NCBI GenBank assembly: GCA_016194745.1
Contig: JACQBA010000013.1
Span: forward strand, 192,822-256,821
Length of the DNA stretch: 64,000 nt
DNA from: Elusimicrobiota bacterium
GTDB taxonomy: Bacteria > Elusimicrobiota > Elusimicrobia > UBA1565 > JACRDR01
Direction of reading: 5' to 3'
Shown here: positions 1 to 12,000 of the stretch, one piece after another
Layout: the number at the start of each line of letters is the position of its first letter
How positions within the stretch are numbered: position 1 is the stretch's first letter
Position numbers and translations under genes: made by a program
The notes under the pieces: model-generated
The model's database searches: none
What the model saw: only the letters and a program-made list of their open reading frames with translations
What the model was told of the DNA's origin: nothing

Positions 1-3000
1 AAGATCGGAAGGATCGAGTCGGGATAGGCCTCGAGTTCGGAGGCCAAGAGATGCTCCGCCAATTTATCGGTCATCCCTCTTGCGAGAGCCCGAGGGACGC
101 CCGCGTCCGCGTGGCCGGCGCGCACCAAGGTCCCCACCCGCTTGAGCATGTCGACGAGTTCGGAATGCTGGAACATGGACGCCAGTTGGTTGGAATCGAA
201 CCTTGCATTCTTGAGCATCTCCAGGAGGACGGGAATTCGACCCGCATGCCGCCGAGGATCGCGCTCGATCGCGTCCAGCAGTCGCTTCGCCAGCTGCAGG
301 TCGAAGGCATCGAAGAAGGACAGGGAAACCACCATGAAGTTGTGGCGGCCGGTAACGGCGCTGAGCCTGCGGAGCGCGGCGCGCATCGAGCTTCGGAAGG
401 CGAGCAATTCCTCGACGCCGGCTTCACCCCGATCGAGCCTGGCCGTGAACTCCGACATCAGAGCTCTCATCCAGATCTCGACGAAGCTGCGGCCCTCGCC
501 GCGATCGAAGACGTTGCGCTCGGCATAGGCTTCCTTTTTGTATTGGGAATAGAGGTAGCCGTCCGCGTCCAGGAACTCCGGCAGCGGCGTTTCCACGAGC
601 CTGCGAAGCTCCTCTATAGACCGATCCTTCAGGAGACGCCCGAGTTCGCGGGTCTGGTCCGACTCGATCACCTCGCGGAACGTCCGATCCGCGCCGGGGA
701 AGCGCGGGTCCGGCGAGCGAGTCTTCTCGACCTTCGCGTGCCGCTCCAAGGACGACGACACGAAGGAGAAGTACGCGGCGAGCTCGGGCGAGGCCTCGGC
801 CAGGCGGTCGATCCGGCGCTGGACCGCCTCGATCACCTTCTCGTTCCGGAACTTCCTAGCGTCGGGACGCGGTATCTTGTTATCGGGAAGCGCATACTCG
901 TCGAACGCCCCGGTTTTCTCGAGCGCCGCCATGGCCAAGAACTCGATCTCCGCCAAGGAGCGCGCCTTGTCCAGTAGAACTTCGAACTGAGCGAAGTTCC
1001 GCATTCCGCGGGCGAGCTCGAGGAACCGGCTCCTCTCAGTGCCCGCGAGGATCTCCGCCCGCGCCGCGTCCGAGAAATGAGCGACGCGGCCCCAGTCTCC
1101 CCGAGGATAGAGGTCTTGAATGATGAGCTCGAGCCTCCGGATGCGCTCCTGGAGCTGCGGGTGGGTCCCGAACGGAGACTCGACGTCGGTCCCGTTGTTC
1201 GATCTCTTCCCTGCCAGCTGCGCCGCGAGCATGCGGAAGACGAAGGGGGCCTGGCCCACGACGTAGCTCTTGCGTCCATTGGACTTCACGTGCAGCGCCT
1301 CCAGGAGCTGCAGCGCGCGCCAGTCGGCGTCGTATTCGTCGGTGTAGTTCTCGACGAATGTCTTCCTGGCGTTATCGAGAGTCCTCGGCGGCTTCTGCGC
1401 CGCCTTCCCGGACAGAACGTCCTCCCGGTTCTGGAGGATGTGCGTGAGCTCGTGCGCGATCACGAACGCGAGCGCGTCCCTCGTCCCGCCGGCACGGACG
1501 ATGTCCCGAACAAGACCCGTATGGATGAAGACGTGGTTGGAATGCCGGAGGATGAAGGCGTTGCTTTGGGGATCGTCCACGAGATGCACGATGAAGTGGC
1601 GCGGCTCGAGACCCGCCGCCCACAGCAGGTCCTCCGTCATCTCGCGGACCTCCCGATAGAGCGTCCGCAGCTCCGGAGACTTCTCGTCCACCAGGGGCGA
1701 CGCTTCGTGGAGCGCGCTGATGAGCTCCGCGACGCGTTCCGCATCGCGCTGGAACTTTGCTTCGGCGGCTGGAAGCGGGACGGAATCCACGTAGCCGTCA
1801 CCGCGGCGCCGGATGCCCGGTTTGGCAAAGTCGAGCGTCCGCACCAGCGTCGCCGGATCCGCGGGCGCCGCCGCGGTCTTCGCCGCCGGAGCCTTCGCTT
1901 CGGATGGCCTCAAGGACCCGGCGGGAGCCCTGGCCTCCCCGACCCTCGGGCGTAGTGCGGCGGCGCGGCGGAGCGCCCACGCCGCAATCCCAACCGCGAT
2001 CGCGGCCCCGCCGAGCAGCGCGGGCGTCATCCAATCGCCGAACATGGCCGAGACCGCCACTTGCTTGCCGGCGCCGAGCATCGGAGTCGCGGCGCCGGCG
2101 CTCTTCAGCATGCCGTCGATCGCCGTCCAGCCCGCCAGCGCGAGCGTGCCGATGGAGAGCGAGACCAGCGTGCCGCGGCCGCGCTTGGGAGCGCTCTCCT
2201 GCGCCAGCCCGCCCTGGATCACCCGGAGAGAGGGCTTCGTACCGCCGCCATCCGGATTGCGCCCGCGCAGCGCGTCGTCGAGGAGCTTGAGAGCCGCCTC
2301 CGTCCGCTCGTTCCAGTCCGCCGGCTTGTCGCGGCGAGCCTGCATCCGCGCCGTCGCCTGATATCTGTCCGCGTCCGTCAGGCCGTTCGGGCGCTCCGTC
2401 GCGAGCACGACCGCCTCGTCGGGATGGAGGTGGAAGTCCGGCCGATTCAAGGCGATGTTCATCCCCTCGACGACCTCGAACGGGAGACCTGGCCGCAGCT
2501 CGCTCGGGGCGCGTTGCGGTTCGCCGAATTCGCCTACGGACGGCTGTTGGCGACGGAACGTAGGTTGATCCAAGATGGCGCGGACGACCGGCAGAAGGTC
2601 GCCGCCGGGTATCTTGTCCGCCGCGCCGTTGACCTGGTCGAGCAGACTTCGGGTCCGGGCATCGACCGGGTAGCGGCCCTGCCACTGCTCGAATCGCCGG
2701 TCGCCCCACGCGAGGTCGCCGCGGACGCGGCCTTCCGCGCGGTCTAGGTTTTCCTTGAACGCTCCCACGAGCTCCGCGGCCCGCCGAGGCTCGATCCCCG
2801 CGTTGATCAGAGCGCGGTGAACCTCGCGCCAGGGCTCGCTTTCTCCCCACCGTCGCCACTTTGCCACCTCGGCCGCGTAGTCCCCGGCGGCGTTGCGATG
2901 GAACGAGCTGACCCACGGCCTTTCTCCGTCGACGGACTCCCTCGCGCCGATCGCTTCGATCCCAGCCAGCGTGATCGGCGCCGAGCGGTCCCCGCCGTCC

Positions 3001-6000
3001 CGGAAGTGCAGGCCGCCGCGTCCCGATACCCGCAGTCCGAATACCGCGGCGAAAGCGGCCAACGATGCTTTCTGCGGCGTCGGCAAGGACTCGGTCCGGG
3101 GGAAATTCACGTGTCCCGGCACTTCGGTAACCAGGTAGTGCCTCCGAAAAGGCCAGAAGCCGCGAGAGAACGCCTCGGCGCGCGGTACCGAGAGGGCCCC
3201 GGCCAATTCAGCTGGGAGCACGCCAGAGACCGCTCGAAGCGCGAGCTCACTCTCGATGGCCGCTCGGCTGCGCGCTTCCTTAATTAGGTAGAAGCGGCTG
3301 CGCCAGCCGTTTTCGCCGCGAACGGTGACGAGGGTCTCCGCCACGCCTCCGCCGCGCCTCTGCGGGACCGACCACGCGTTCTCCGACTGAGGCGGCCTCA
3401 CGGGATCGAATCCGAGGACTTGGGCCGCGTCGCGGCGGGTCGTCCAACCGTTGGACAAGGAGCGGTTGTCGTTGGCCGGCGATCGGGGCGCGGACCTCGT
3501 CTCGGTCCGCCGCAGCATGACCCCGGCCGTCAGCACGGCCGCCGCCAGGATCGTCCCGGACCCGAGCGTCGTCGCGAGGTCCACCACCGGCAACAGCGCC
3601 GTCGCCAGCGTGCCGGCGTGGGAGACGGTCGGCAGCGTGATCACGGCGGCCCCGAGGATCAGCTTCGGCCCAAGATGCCACCGTCGCGGACCAGGCGCGC
3701 CTACGGGCGGCTCGCGGCCGGCGCCGGGCGAACCGTGCCCGGGCACCGGCGTACCCCGGACCGGAGCCAGGAGCTCTTCCGGGACGACCCCGAGCTCCAG
3801 CATCTCGCCGATCGTCGAACGCATGCGCTCGATGAACGCTTGATTGTGGGTGGCCTCGGAGCCGGGCTCCCACGCGTGCGAGTTCTCGTGGACGACGTCC
3901 TCGATCAGCTTGGTGACGTACTGGTAGTCCTCGTCGGCGGTCGTGCGCCGTTCGGCGACCCGCACGATCCAATCGAAGTAGTCCTTCATCGCCCGGGTAT
4001 TCAGGCTGATCCAATCCTTGCCGAAGACGGCGAGCCGCGGCGATTCCGTGATGCCGAAGCTCACGCGGTACGGCGCGGAGGCGTCGTAGAAGTGGCGCTC
4101 CACCATCGTGCCGGTCACCTGCGCCAGCGCATCGCCGGCGCGCCCGAGGAGGGACGGAGCTCGTCGCTCCGCGACCGGCCGCATGACGCCCGAGATGAAT
4201 GCCGCCAAGAGCTGCCGGCCGCGCTGGCCTCGCTCGCTCGCGACGCTGGCGGGGTCTTCAAACGCCCAGGTGTCCTGCTCAGCCTTGATCATCAACGACT
4301 CGCCGAAATCTCCAAGCGCCTCGCGGATCATCGCGTCGTAGCCCGACAATCCGGTCGAGAGGTTCTCCATCGCGTCCCGGAACGCCCGCCGCGACGGCAT
4401 GTTCTGGGATGCCCCGCCGCCCTGGCGTGACGCCGCCCCGCCGCCGGTTCCCGCCCCGTCCTTGGAAGCGTCCTCCATGATCCGGGCGCTCCTCTGCTTC
4501 ACCATGTCGCGAAGCTTCTCCCGTTCGCGCAGCAGCGAATTGGGGCGGCCGCCGCGCTCGAACTCCACGGACGCGACGAGGTAGGCGAGCAAGCCTCCGG
4601 AGTCGTCCGCCTTGATCTCCTCCACAAGCCGCTTTGCGTTCATGCGGTCCCACCGCGGCCGGTTCATCTTGACCGCCCACGCGAACGCCCTCCGCTCCAG
4701 CGGGACCAGTCTGTTCGCCAAGTGGACCGGTTCGTAGAGGTAATCGGCGGGCAATCCGCGCGGCCGCCAGCGGCTCTCGGCCACGGCGAGCGCCGCTGCC
4801 CGGAGCACCGCCACCAGCACGGCCCGCTGCAGACGCTCCATGTAGCGGTCTTTTTCGGCCAGGCCGCTGCGGTTGCGGTTGAGCACGATGGAATGGCGCT
4901 GCGCCGATAGGCTCGTCGGAAGGTCCAGCGTGAAGCGGCTCGTATGGACGAACTCCATGAGCTCGGGCGGGACGAGTTCCCACACGCGCGGATCCTGCAC
5001 GAGATCCATGACGAAGAAGCCGGCTTGGGTGAGGCGCTTCTTCCGCGACGACGTCTCGACGAGCGCAAGGGCCTCCCCCTTCTGCCACTGAACGGAGGCG
5101 CGCTCCGTCACGATCTCCGTCACCGCCTTGCCGTCGAAGGTCACGGTCGCGCCGCGGCGAGACAGGACTCCCCCGAACGTCTGGAGGCTGTCCCCGATCA
5201 TCGCAGCCTCGAGCTCCATCGCGTCCCGGCTCGACTCAAAGGAGCGGTCGAAGTTCTTCATCCATTCGACGCGTGTCCCGACGAACTCCCCCTTTTGCTC
5301 GGACATCCGCTCGACCTTCCAAACGAAGCTTCCGTCCGCCGCGACTTCCTTATATACCTCCAGGACCGTGTGGCGTCCTCTGCCCCTCATGCCGGTGACC
5401 ACTCGGACGCGATCGGAACCGACCAGGAACTTGTACCAGCCTCTCCCGTTGAATCCAAGGGACGGGTCCTGTCCTTCGCGATGGCTGGTGCTCCCCACGG
5501 ACATTAGGAACCGCAGGACCGAGTAGGGATCCATGCCTACGCCGTAGTCCCGCACGCCCACGACCAGCCGCGACGAGAAGGTTCCGGTCCGCTGGCCGTA
5601 CACGCCGACGTCGACGACCGGCTCGACCCCGGCCTCTTCCGACGCCTTGATCGCGTTCTGGATGCCTTCGCGGACGAACTCGTGCCCCGACTCGGGCTGT
5701 AGCATGCGTTGAAGCGCGTCTTCGCTGCCCGAGAAGCGGCGCTGCGGGAGCGAATCCACGAGCATGTCCACCGTCAGCCGGCGCCCCGCTTTCTCGATGA
5801 AGGCGAAACTCTCCCAGGCCGACGCCAACGTCGATACTAGAATCCCTCTCAACACGCGACCGATGGCCGGCCCGTTGTCCGAGACGATCGGCCGCTCCTC
5901 GATGGGGACCTCGACCTCTTGCCGTTTCAGATAATCGATCAACGGCAGGGACTCCTCGCGAGAGTCTTTCACGAGCAGATCGAAGCGCCCCCCCAGGGAA

Positions 6001-9000
6001 CGCGCAAGATCGAGCGCTCGCTTCTCGTCCGCCCCGAGGACTCTGAGCCAGCGTCCTACGATTTGATTGAAGCGCGCGTCGTCGGCCACCGTCTCATGCA
6101 CGCCTTGGAGGAATGCAAAGGCTTCCCGCTGATGGCGCTCCATCAGATTGGAGACGCGCGACGCCCAGAGGGGCTCGTTCTCCCGGCTGAGGCGGTCGAT
6201 GGTCGGGATCTCCACGAACGGCAGCCCGAAGCCGAGGCGCTGCAGGCGTTCCGCCGGCCACGACAGACGCAGCAGGTTCTCGGCCAGGCGCAGTCGCTCC
6301 GCCTCCCGGAGGCCCGAGGAGAACTTCGGCAGCGAGGAGAGCGCTCCGGCGCCCACGTGCATCATGCCGTTCGCCGAGTCAGTCAAGCGCCATAGGCTCT
6401 TGCTGTCCTTGCGGGACATGACGATGACGCCGCCCGTGGTGCCCCTGCCAGTGAAAATGTGATACGGGGTGCCGATGCCCGGGAGAGGCACGAAGCGGCC
6501 CTCTTCGATTCGGCCGATGATCGAACCGTCTGAATAGGAGTTGTCCGCGACGATGACCTCGCTTCCGAAGATCCTGAAGTACGAGCCGCGAAGTCCCTCG
6601 AGCGGCACCCATTGATTGCCCTTGAGGACGTGACCCTGGCTCAGGTTGCGCTCCCCCTCGATGCCAATGAACGTGAATCCGTTCGCCAAGGTCGAGCTGG
6701 AATGGCGCTTGCCCGGCGGGTTGTCGATCGGAACGATCTGGCCGTCCTTGATCCAGAGATAGTTGTGCCGCCCATGGACCAAGACGCCGTCGGCATCGAT
6801 GCGCTCGATGAACGGTTGGTAGTCGTAGTCCCTGTCCTTCTTCAGCTCGCCGAGCTTCGCCGCTCGATCCCCGCTCAGCTCGTAGAACTCGGTGAACGTG
6901 CCGTCCCGGCGCTGGACCTCGAACTGAACGACTCTGCGGCCGGATCCGAACCGCTCGGAGAACAGCCCGCCGTAGGGCGACATGCCCTCCATCGGGATCA
7001 TCCGGCCCTCGTGGAATCGATGGACCCGGATCTCGCCGCTGTCCATGCGCTTGAGGAGGTACCCGTTGTCGGTGAGCGGGTCCGCCACATGAATGATGTA
7101 ATCCGGCGTGACGCCCCTATGCTCGACGACCCACTCTTCGCCCTTCCGGACCTGGATCTCGAAACTGTCATCGTTCCCGCGGAGCACTCCCACGTAGACC
7201 TTATCCCCGTGGACGGCGTACGCGGTAACCTTCCTGGCGTTGAATTTGCCAACGAGAATCGCGCGTTCGCCTCTGATCTCGTACAGGGCCGCCCCGTCCG
7301 AGTGCATCGTGGCGATGAACGTCCTTCCGTCCAGGACATGGACGCGATCGATCCATCGCACGTCGGAGATCCCGTCGATCTTCACGCCCCTGCCTAGGTT
7401 GCCCCGTACGTGGAAGACGCCGACTTCGCCTGCCGAGTTCTGCGCGACCGTGAACTCTCCGCCCCGCCCGCTGACCGGCGACCATCCTTCCATGCCCGGC
7501 AGAAGTCCGGATCGGCGCCCCTGAAGGAGGTAGTACGCCGTATTTCCCCTCTCGTCCGTCACGGTGACGACCGGCGCCCGCGCGCCCTCCACCCGTTGGA
7601 TATTGCGGACGTGCCTCATGCCGTCCACCACCTCGAGCCCCTGAGACGTCGCATAGTACAGCGTCAGGAGCTTCTCCGTTCCGCCATATGAGCCGTCCGG
7701 CTTTGCCGGCAATTCCCTCGACGTCTCGGTCAAGACGTAGCCGTCCGGGATAGAATGCCCGCCGGAACCTCCCCACTCGCGAGGCCCAAGATGAACGGTC
7801 ATCTGAGAAATCGCTTCATAGGGGAGGTTAGGCGCATGGCGGTAGACCTGGACGATCCTCGCCAACTTGGCTTTCAACTCCGCCGGTGACGCTCCGGTAC
7901 GGAGGAGATCTCGAACGACAGGCACGAGGTACTCGTGCAGCCCCGGGCTGACAGACCGCGGATGCTCGGACGCGTCCAGCCCGGCGAAGAAGCGCTCGGC
8001 CGCCGCCTGCGCGACCTTGAAGGGATCGACCGGAACCGCCTCGCGGGCGGGCGTCCGCTCCTGCGTCGGCGCGACCGTCGTCTCCGCCTCCGGCCGCACC
8101 GCGTGCTCGGCTCCCGCGCCGACGTTGAGCAGCACCGCCTCCGGCGGCGGGCGCTTGCCGTAGTCGTGCCAGACGTTCATGAAGGCGTTGAGCAGCATCG
8201 GCCCGAAGCCCTTGAGCGCCCACTTCATGTGCCGGTCGACGAGCTTCGAGTCGAAGAGGATGATGCGGTCGCCGACGCGGACGAACAGCGTCTTGAGCGG
8301 TACCGACCATAGGGCTTTTCCGTTCCCCGGCAGCGCCTTGCCGCCCACGGTCTCAGGGTTGAAGTCCCACAACTGCGAGTCGAGGGCGACGGGGGTGCGG
8401 CCCCGGAGCGCCTCTCCCCTCAAGCTGCCGAGCAGCCCGGCGGGGACGACCACGAAGTCCGCGTTCGCCGCCATCCGATCGACCGCCGCCGCGACGCGCG
8501 TGCGCAGGTGCTCGAAAAGGTCGTCCTCCTTGCTTACGCTCTCGACTCGGTTCTTGATACGGTTCTCGCTGTTGTTGATCTCGGAGAACGCCGCCGCGAG
8601 GGCGTTGAGCACGGGCGCCAGGCGCTCCGGGTTCTTCTCGAAGGCGACCAACGTTCGGTCGACGAGCCGCTTCAGGGAGTCGATGGCGTTCTTTCCGAAC
8701 ACGATCCGTACCCGGTCCTCCTCCTGGGTCACGCCGACCGGGAGGTCGACGATCACCGATCGCGCCACGGCGTCTCCCTTGACGGGGATGCGCTCGACGA
8801 TCGTGCCGCCGACCGCGATGACGAGTTCTCCCTCGCGTCTGGCCTTGCCGCGGCCGTAGAAAATCGATTCCTGCGCCACTCCTTCGCCGCGGCTCAGCCC
8901 GCGCGCAAGCTCGCCCGCCGTCCGGTTGCCGGAGGCGCTCGGGATAGTCAGGAGCTCCGCCACCGTCGTGGGGCCGAGTCCGCGGCCTTGGTCCCGCACC

Positions 9001-12000
9001 ACGATCTCCCGGCCTTCTCCGGCGATCTCGACCCGGACCGGCCGGCGGTCCCCGAGCCGGTAGTCGACCGTCTTTCCCTCGACGGTCAGGTATGGATCGA
9101 GCCCGTTGATCCAAGTCTCGAGATTCCCGTCATTGAACAGGATCACGCCGCGCCGGCTCAGGCCGAGGCGATCGCGGAGATTGTCGCGCAAGCCGACGGC
9201 GTCGACCGCCTCGTTCTTCCTAAGCCGGACTTCGGCAAAGCTCTCCGTCGCGGGCGGAACTTCGCGGCTGCCCATACGGAGCCACAGTTCGCCGTCCGCG
9301 CGATGGAACTCGACCCAGTACTCGCGGCCGGGATGCTCCTTCGAGACGCCGCGGAAGGTCACGCTCTCGCCGTTCGCCTTGACCCAGCCGACGGCCTGAT
9401 AGACGCCCATCCCGAATCGGCCGATCGCGTCGCCCATCGCGTCGAAGCCGTTGTTGACAAGCTCGACGATCGCCTGACCGGCGGTCTCGGTCTGCCGCGT
9501 GAGGTCGGTGTCGAGGCGGGCCGGCTTGAAGAGGAAGCCGTCTCGGACCGCCTGTTCGGCCATCCTCTTCATCGATTGGGCGAGCGCTTCCGGAGAGGCG
9601 TCATGCAGTGCTTCGGTATAGAGTCCCCGGGTCCGGGAGAGCGCATCCTCGTTCTGGTCGCGCAGATGACGCATCAGAGAGACGTAAAGGTCCGTCCTCA
9701 TGCCGTGCTCCTTGTGGACGAAGGCCTCGACCGAGCGCTGACCTGAAAGGGTCACGGGATCGAGCGGAGGCGCCGCGGGGCCTTTGATCTTCTCCAACGC
9801 GGTCCTCAGGAATCCTCGGGGTGCCGCCGGAGCGATCGGCCTACCCGCCGGCTCCTCGATTCGGGCCGTCGCCTCGCGGCTCGTGGCAGCGCGTCCCTTC
9901 GCCCATCTCACGGCGAGCCAGCCGCCGACGGCCGCGGCGCCCGCGGCGGCCAGCGCGACGAGGGGCACGATCCCCGCCCCGTCCGAGAAGACCTGGCCAA
10001 GAGTGTCGGCCCTTGCCCCCGGGATGCGGCCCATCAGCGCGGAGGCGAACGCGAGCGGCCCGGCGATCAGGAGAGCCAATCGGGCCGCCATGTCGGAGCC
10101 CCGTCCGGGTTCCTTCGGAGCCGGGCCACGCATCGACTCGAGAAGCTCTTCCGGCGCCACCTTCTTCCTTGCGATCTCCATCAGCGTATCCATCATGCGC
10201 CGCAGGAACGCCGCGTCGTGCGTCTCCTTGCCGCCGGGCTCCATCGAGTGGGTGTCCTCGTGCACGACGCCCTCGAGAATCTGGCCCAGCGCGTCGAAAT
10301 CTTCGCGCGCCGTCGTCTGGCGCCGCTGTGCGCGGCCGACCCATTCCAACAGACCCTGCGCCCGCGCAACGTTGAGACTGAACGAGTCCTTCGTGTAGAT
10401 ACCGATCGTGTCCACGTTCTTGCGTCCGAAGCCGACCGAATAGCGCTTGTCCGCATCTCGGAAGCGTCCCGGCATCACCGGGTCCATGAAGCCTTTGACC
10501 AGCGTCGAGAAGAAGCCCCTCTGGCGGCGCTCTTGTCTCGTCAGAGTCGCGGAATCTTCCTTGACCCAAACGCGATCGGAGGCGGTCTCGGTCAAGCTCT
10601 CCATGCGGGCCTCTTGAACCTCGCGAACCATCGAGGCTAAGCCGGCGGGCAGCGTTTTAGGATCGACGGTCTCCCTCGCGCGCGCCGCCCGATGCAGTTC
10701 CTCTCGAAGGCCCGCCAAAGATTGGGTCTTGCCGTTCCATTGGAATTCCGCCGAGGCGACGATATGGGCGAGGCGGGAGCCGCCCTCGTCGTGCGCGAAT
10801 GCGGCCTCGATCGTCCTGCGGTCGGCCGAAGGCCACCGGTCGCTTCCCAGCGCGCGGGCCGCATCCATCGCACTCGCCCGCAGACCGGCGGTCGCCTGCC
10901 AGTTCGCCTCGGCGCGGTAGAGATAATCGGGAGGCAGGCCGGAAGGAGTCCACCGTCCCTCGGCCGTCGCGACGGCGGCCGCCTGCACGACGGCCGCGAG
11001 CACGGCCAACTGCAGGCGCTCGAGGTACCGTCCCTTCTCCGCCAACCCGCTTCGGTCCCAGTCCAGCGAGATGGAGTAGCGATGCGCTCTGGAGCTGGAC
11101 GGCAAGTCGAGGCTCAGGCCCTGCTGGCGTACGAAGTCTCGAAGCTCTTCGGGCACCAACGTCCAAAGGTCCGGGTCGCGGAATACGTCCCCGATCCACT
11201 GCCCGGACTGTAGGAGCCGCCGCTTCTTGGAAGACGTCTCGACGATCCGCACACGCTCGCCTTTCGCCCACTCCACTCCACCGACCTCGCGGACCGTCTC
11301 CGCGAGGTCTCGGCCGTTGAAGTCGAGCGAGACGCCGCGGCCGCCCAGCGCTCCGGAGAATGTCTCCAGGCTGTCGGCGAGGAGAGCGGCCCGCAGGCGC
11401 ATGCCAAATCTTCCGTCGTCGCGGCCGCGCGTTACGGCAAGCCATTCGATCTCGGTCCCGAGGAACTCCCCGCGAACCTCGGCCAGGCGCGCCACCTTCC
11501 AGACATAGCTCCCGTCCTCTTGGTAGTCGCGGACCACCTCCAGCACCGTATGGTGCGACGCACCCCGCTTGCCGGTGCGGACCTGCACGGCATCCGAACC
11601 CGCGAGGAACTTGTACCAGCCCCGGCCGTTGAAGCCGAGGGCGGAGTCCTCGTTCTCGCCGCGTCCGCTGCGATCGATCGGCAGCAGGAAGTTGAGGACT
11701 TCATAGAGGTCCATCCCGACGCCCCGGTCCCGAAGCCGCGCGGCGAGGCGTTCGCGGCCGCCCACGCGGCGGGTACCCACGCTCAGCTCCACGCGCGTCG
11801 GCTCGGGCGACTTCACCACCACCGGCCGGCGGGCCACCCAGGCAATCAGCGCGCGGCCCCAGCCGGCCGCTCTCGCCGCCCAATTCGAGATTTCCCGTCC
11901 GCCGGCGTTGATCCGTTCGATCGCTTTCAGGGCGTTCTGAACGCCTTCTCGCAGCTTTTCGTCGCCCGCGTCGGGCCCCTGCGCGTCCCGGATGGTCTTG

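Noticed and set aside
1798-2916. Minus-strand ORFs in other phases (e.g. 1798..2916, 19681..21021, 8353..9114) with R/G/P/A-rich products
   Set aside because: They are out of phase with the verified coding frame and have extreme Arg/Gly/Pro composition, so they are off-frame artefacts of high GC.
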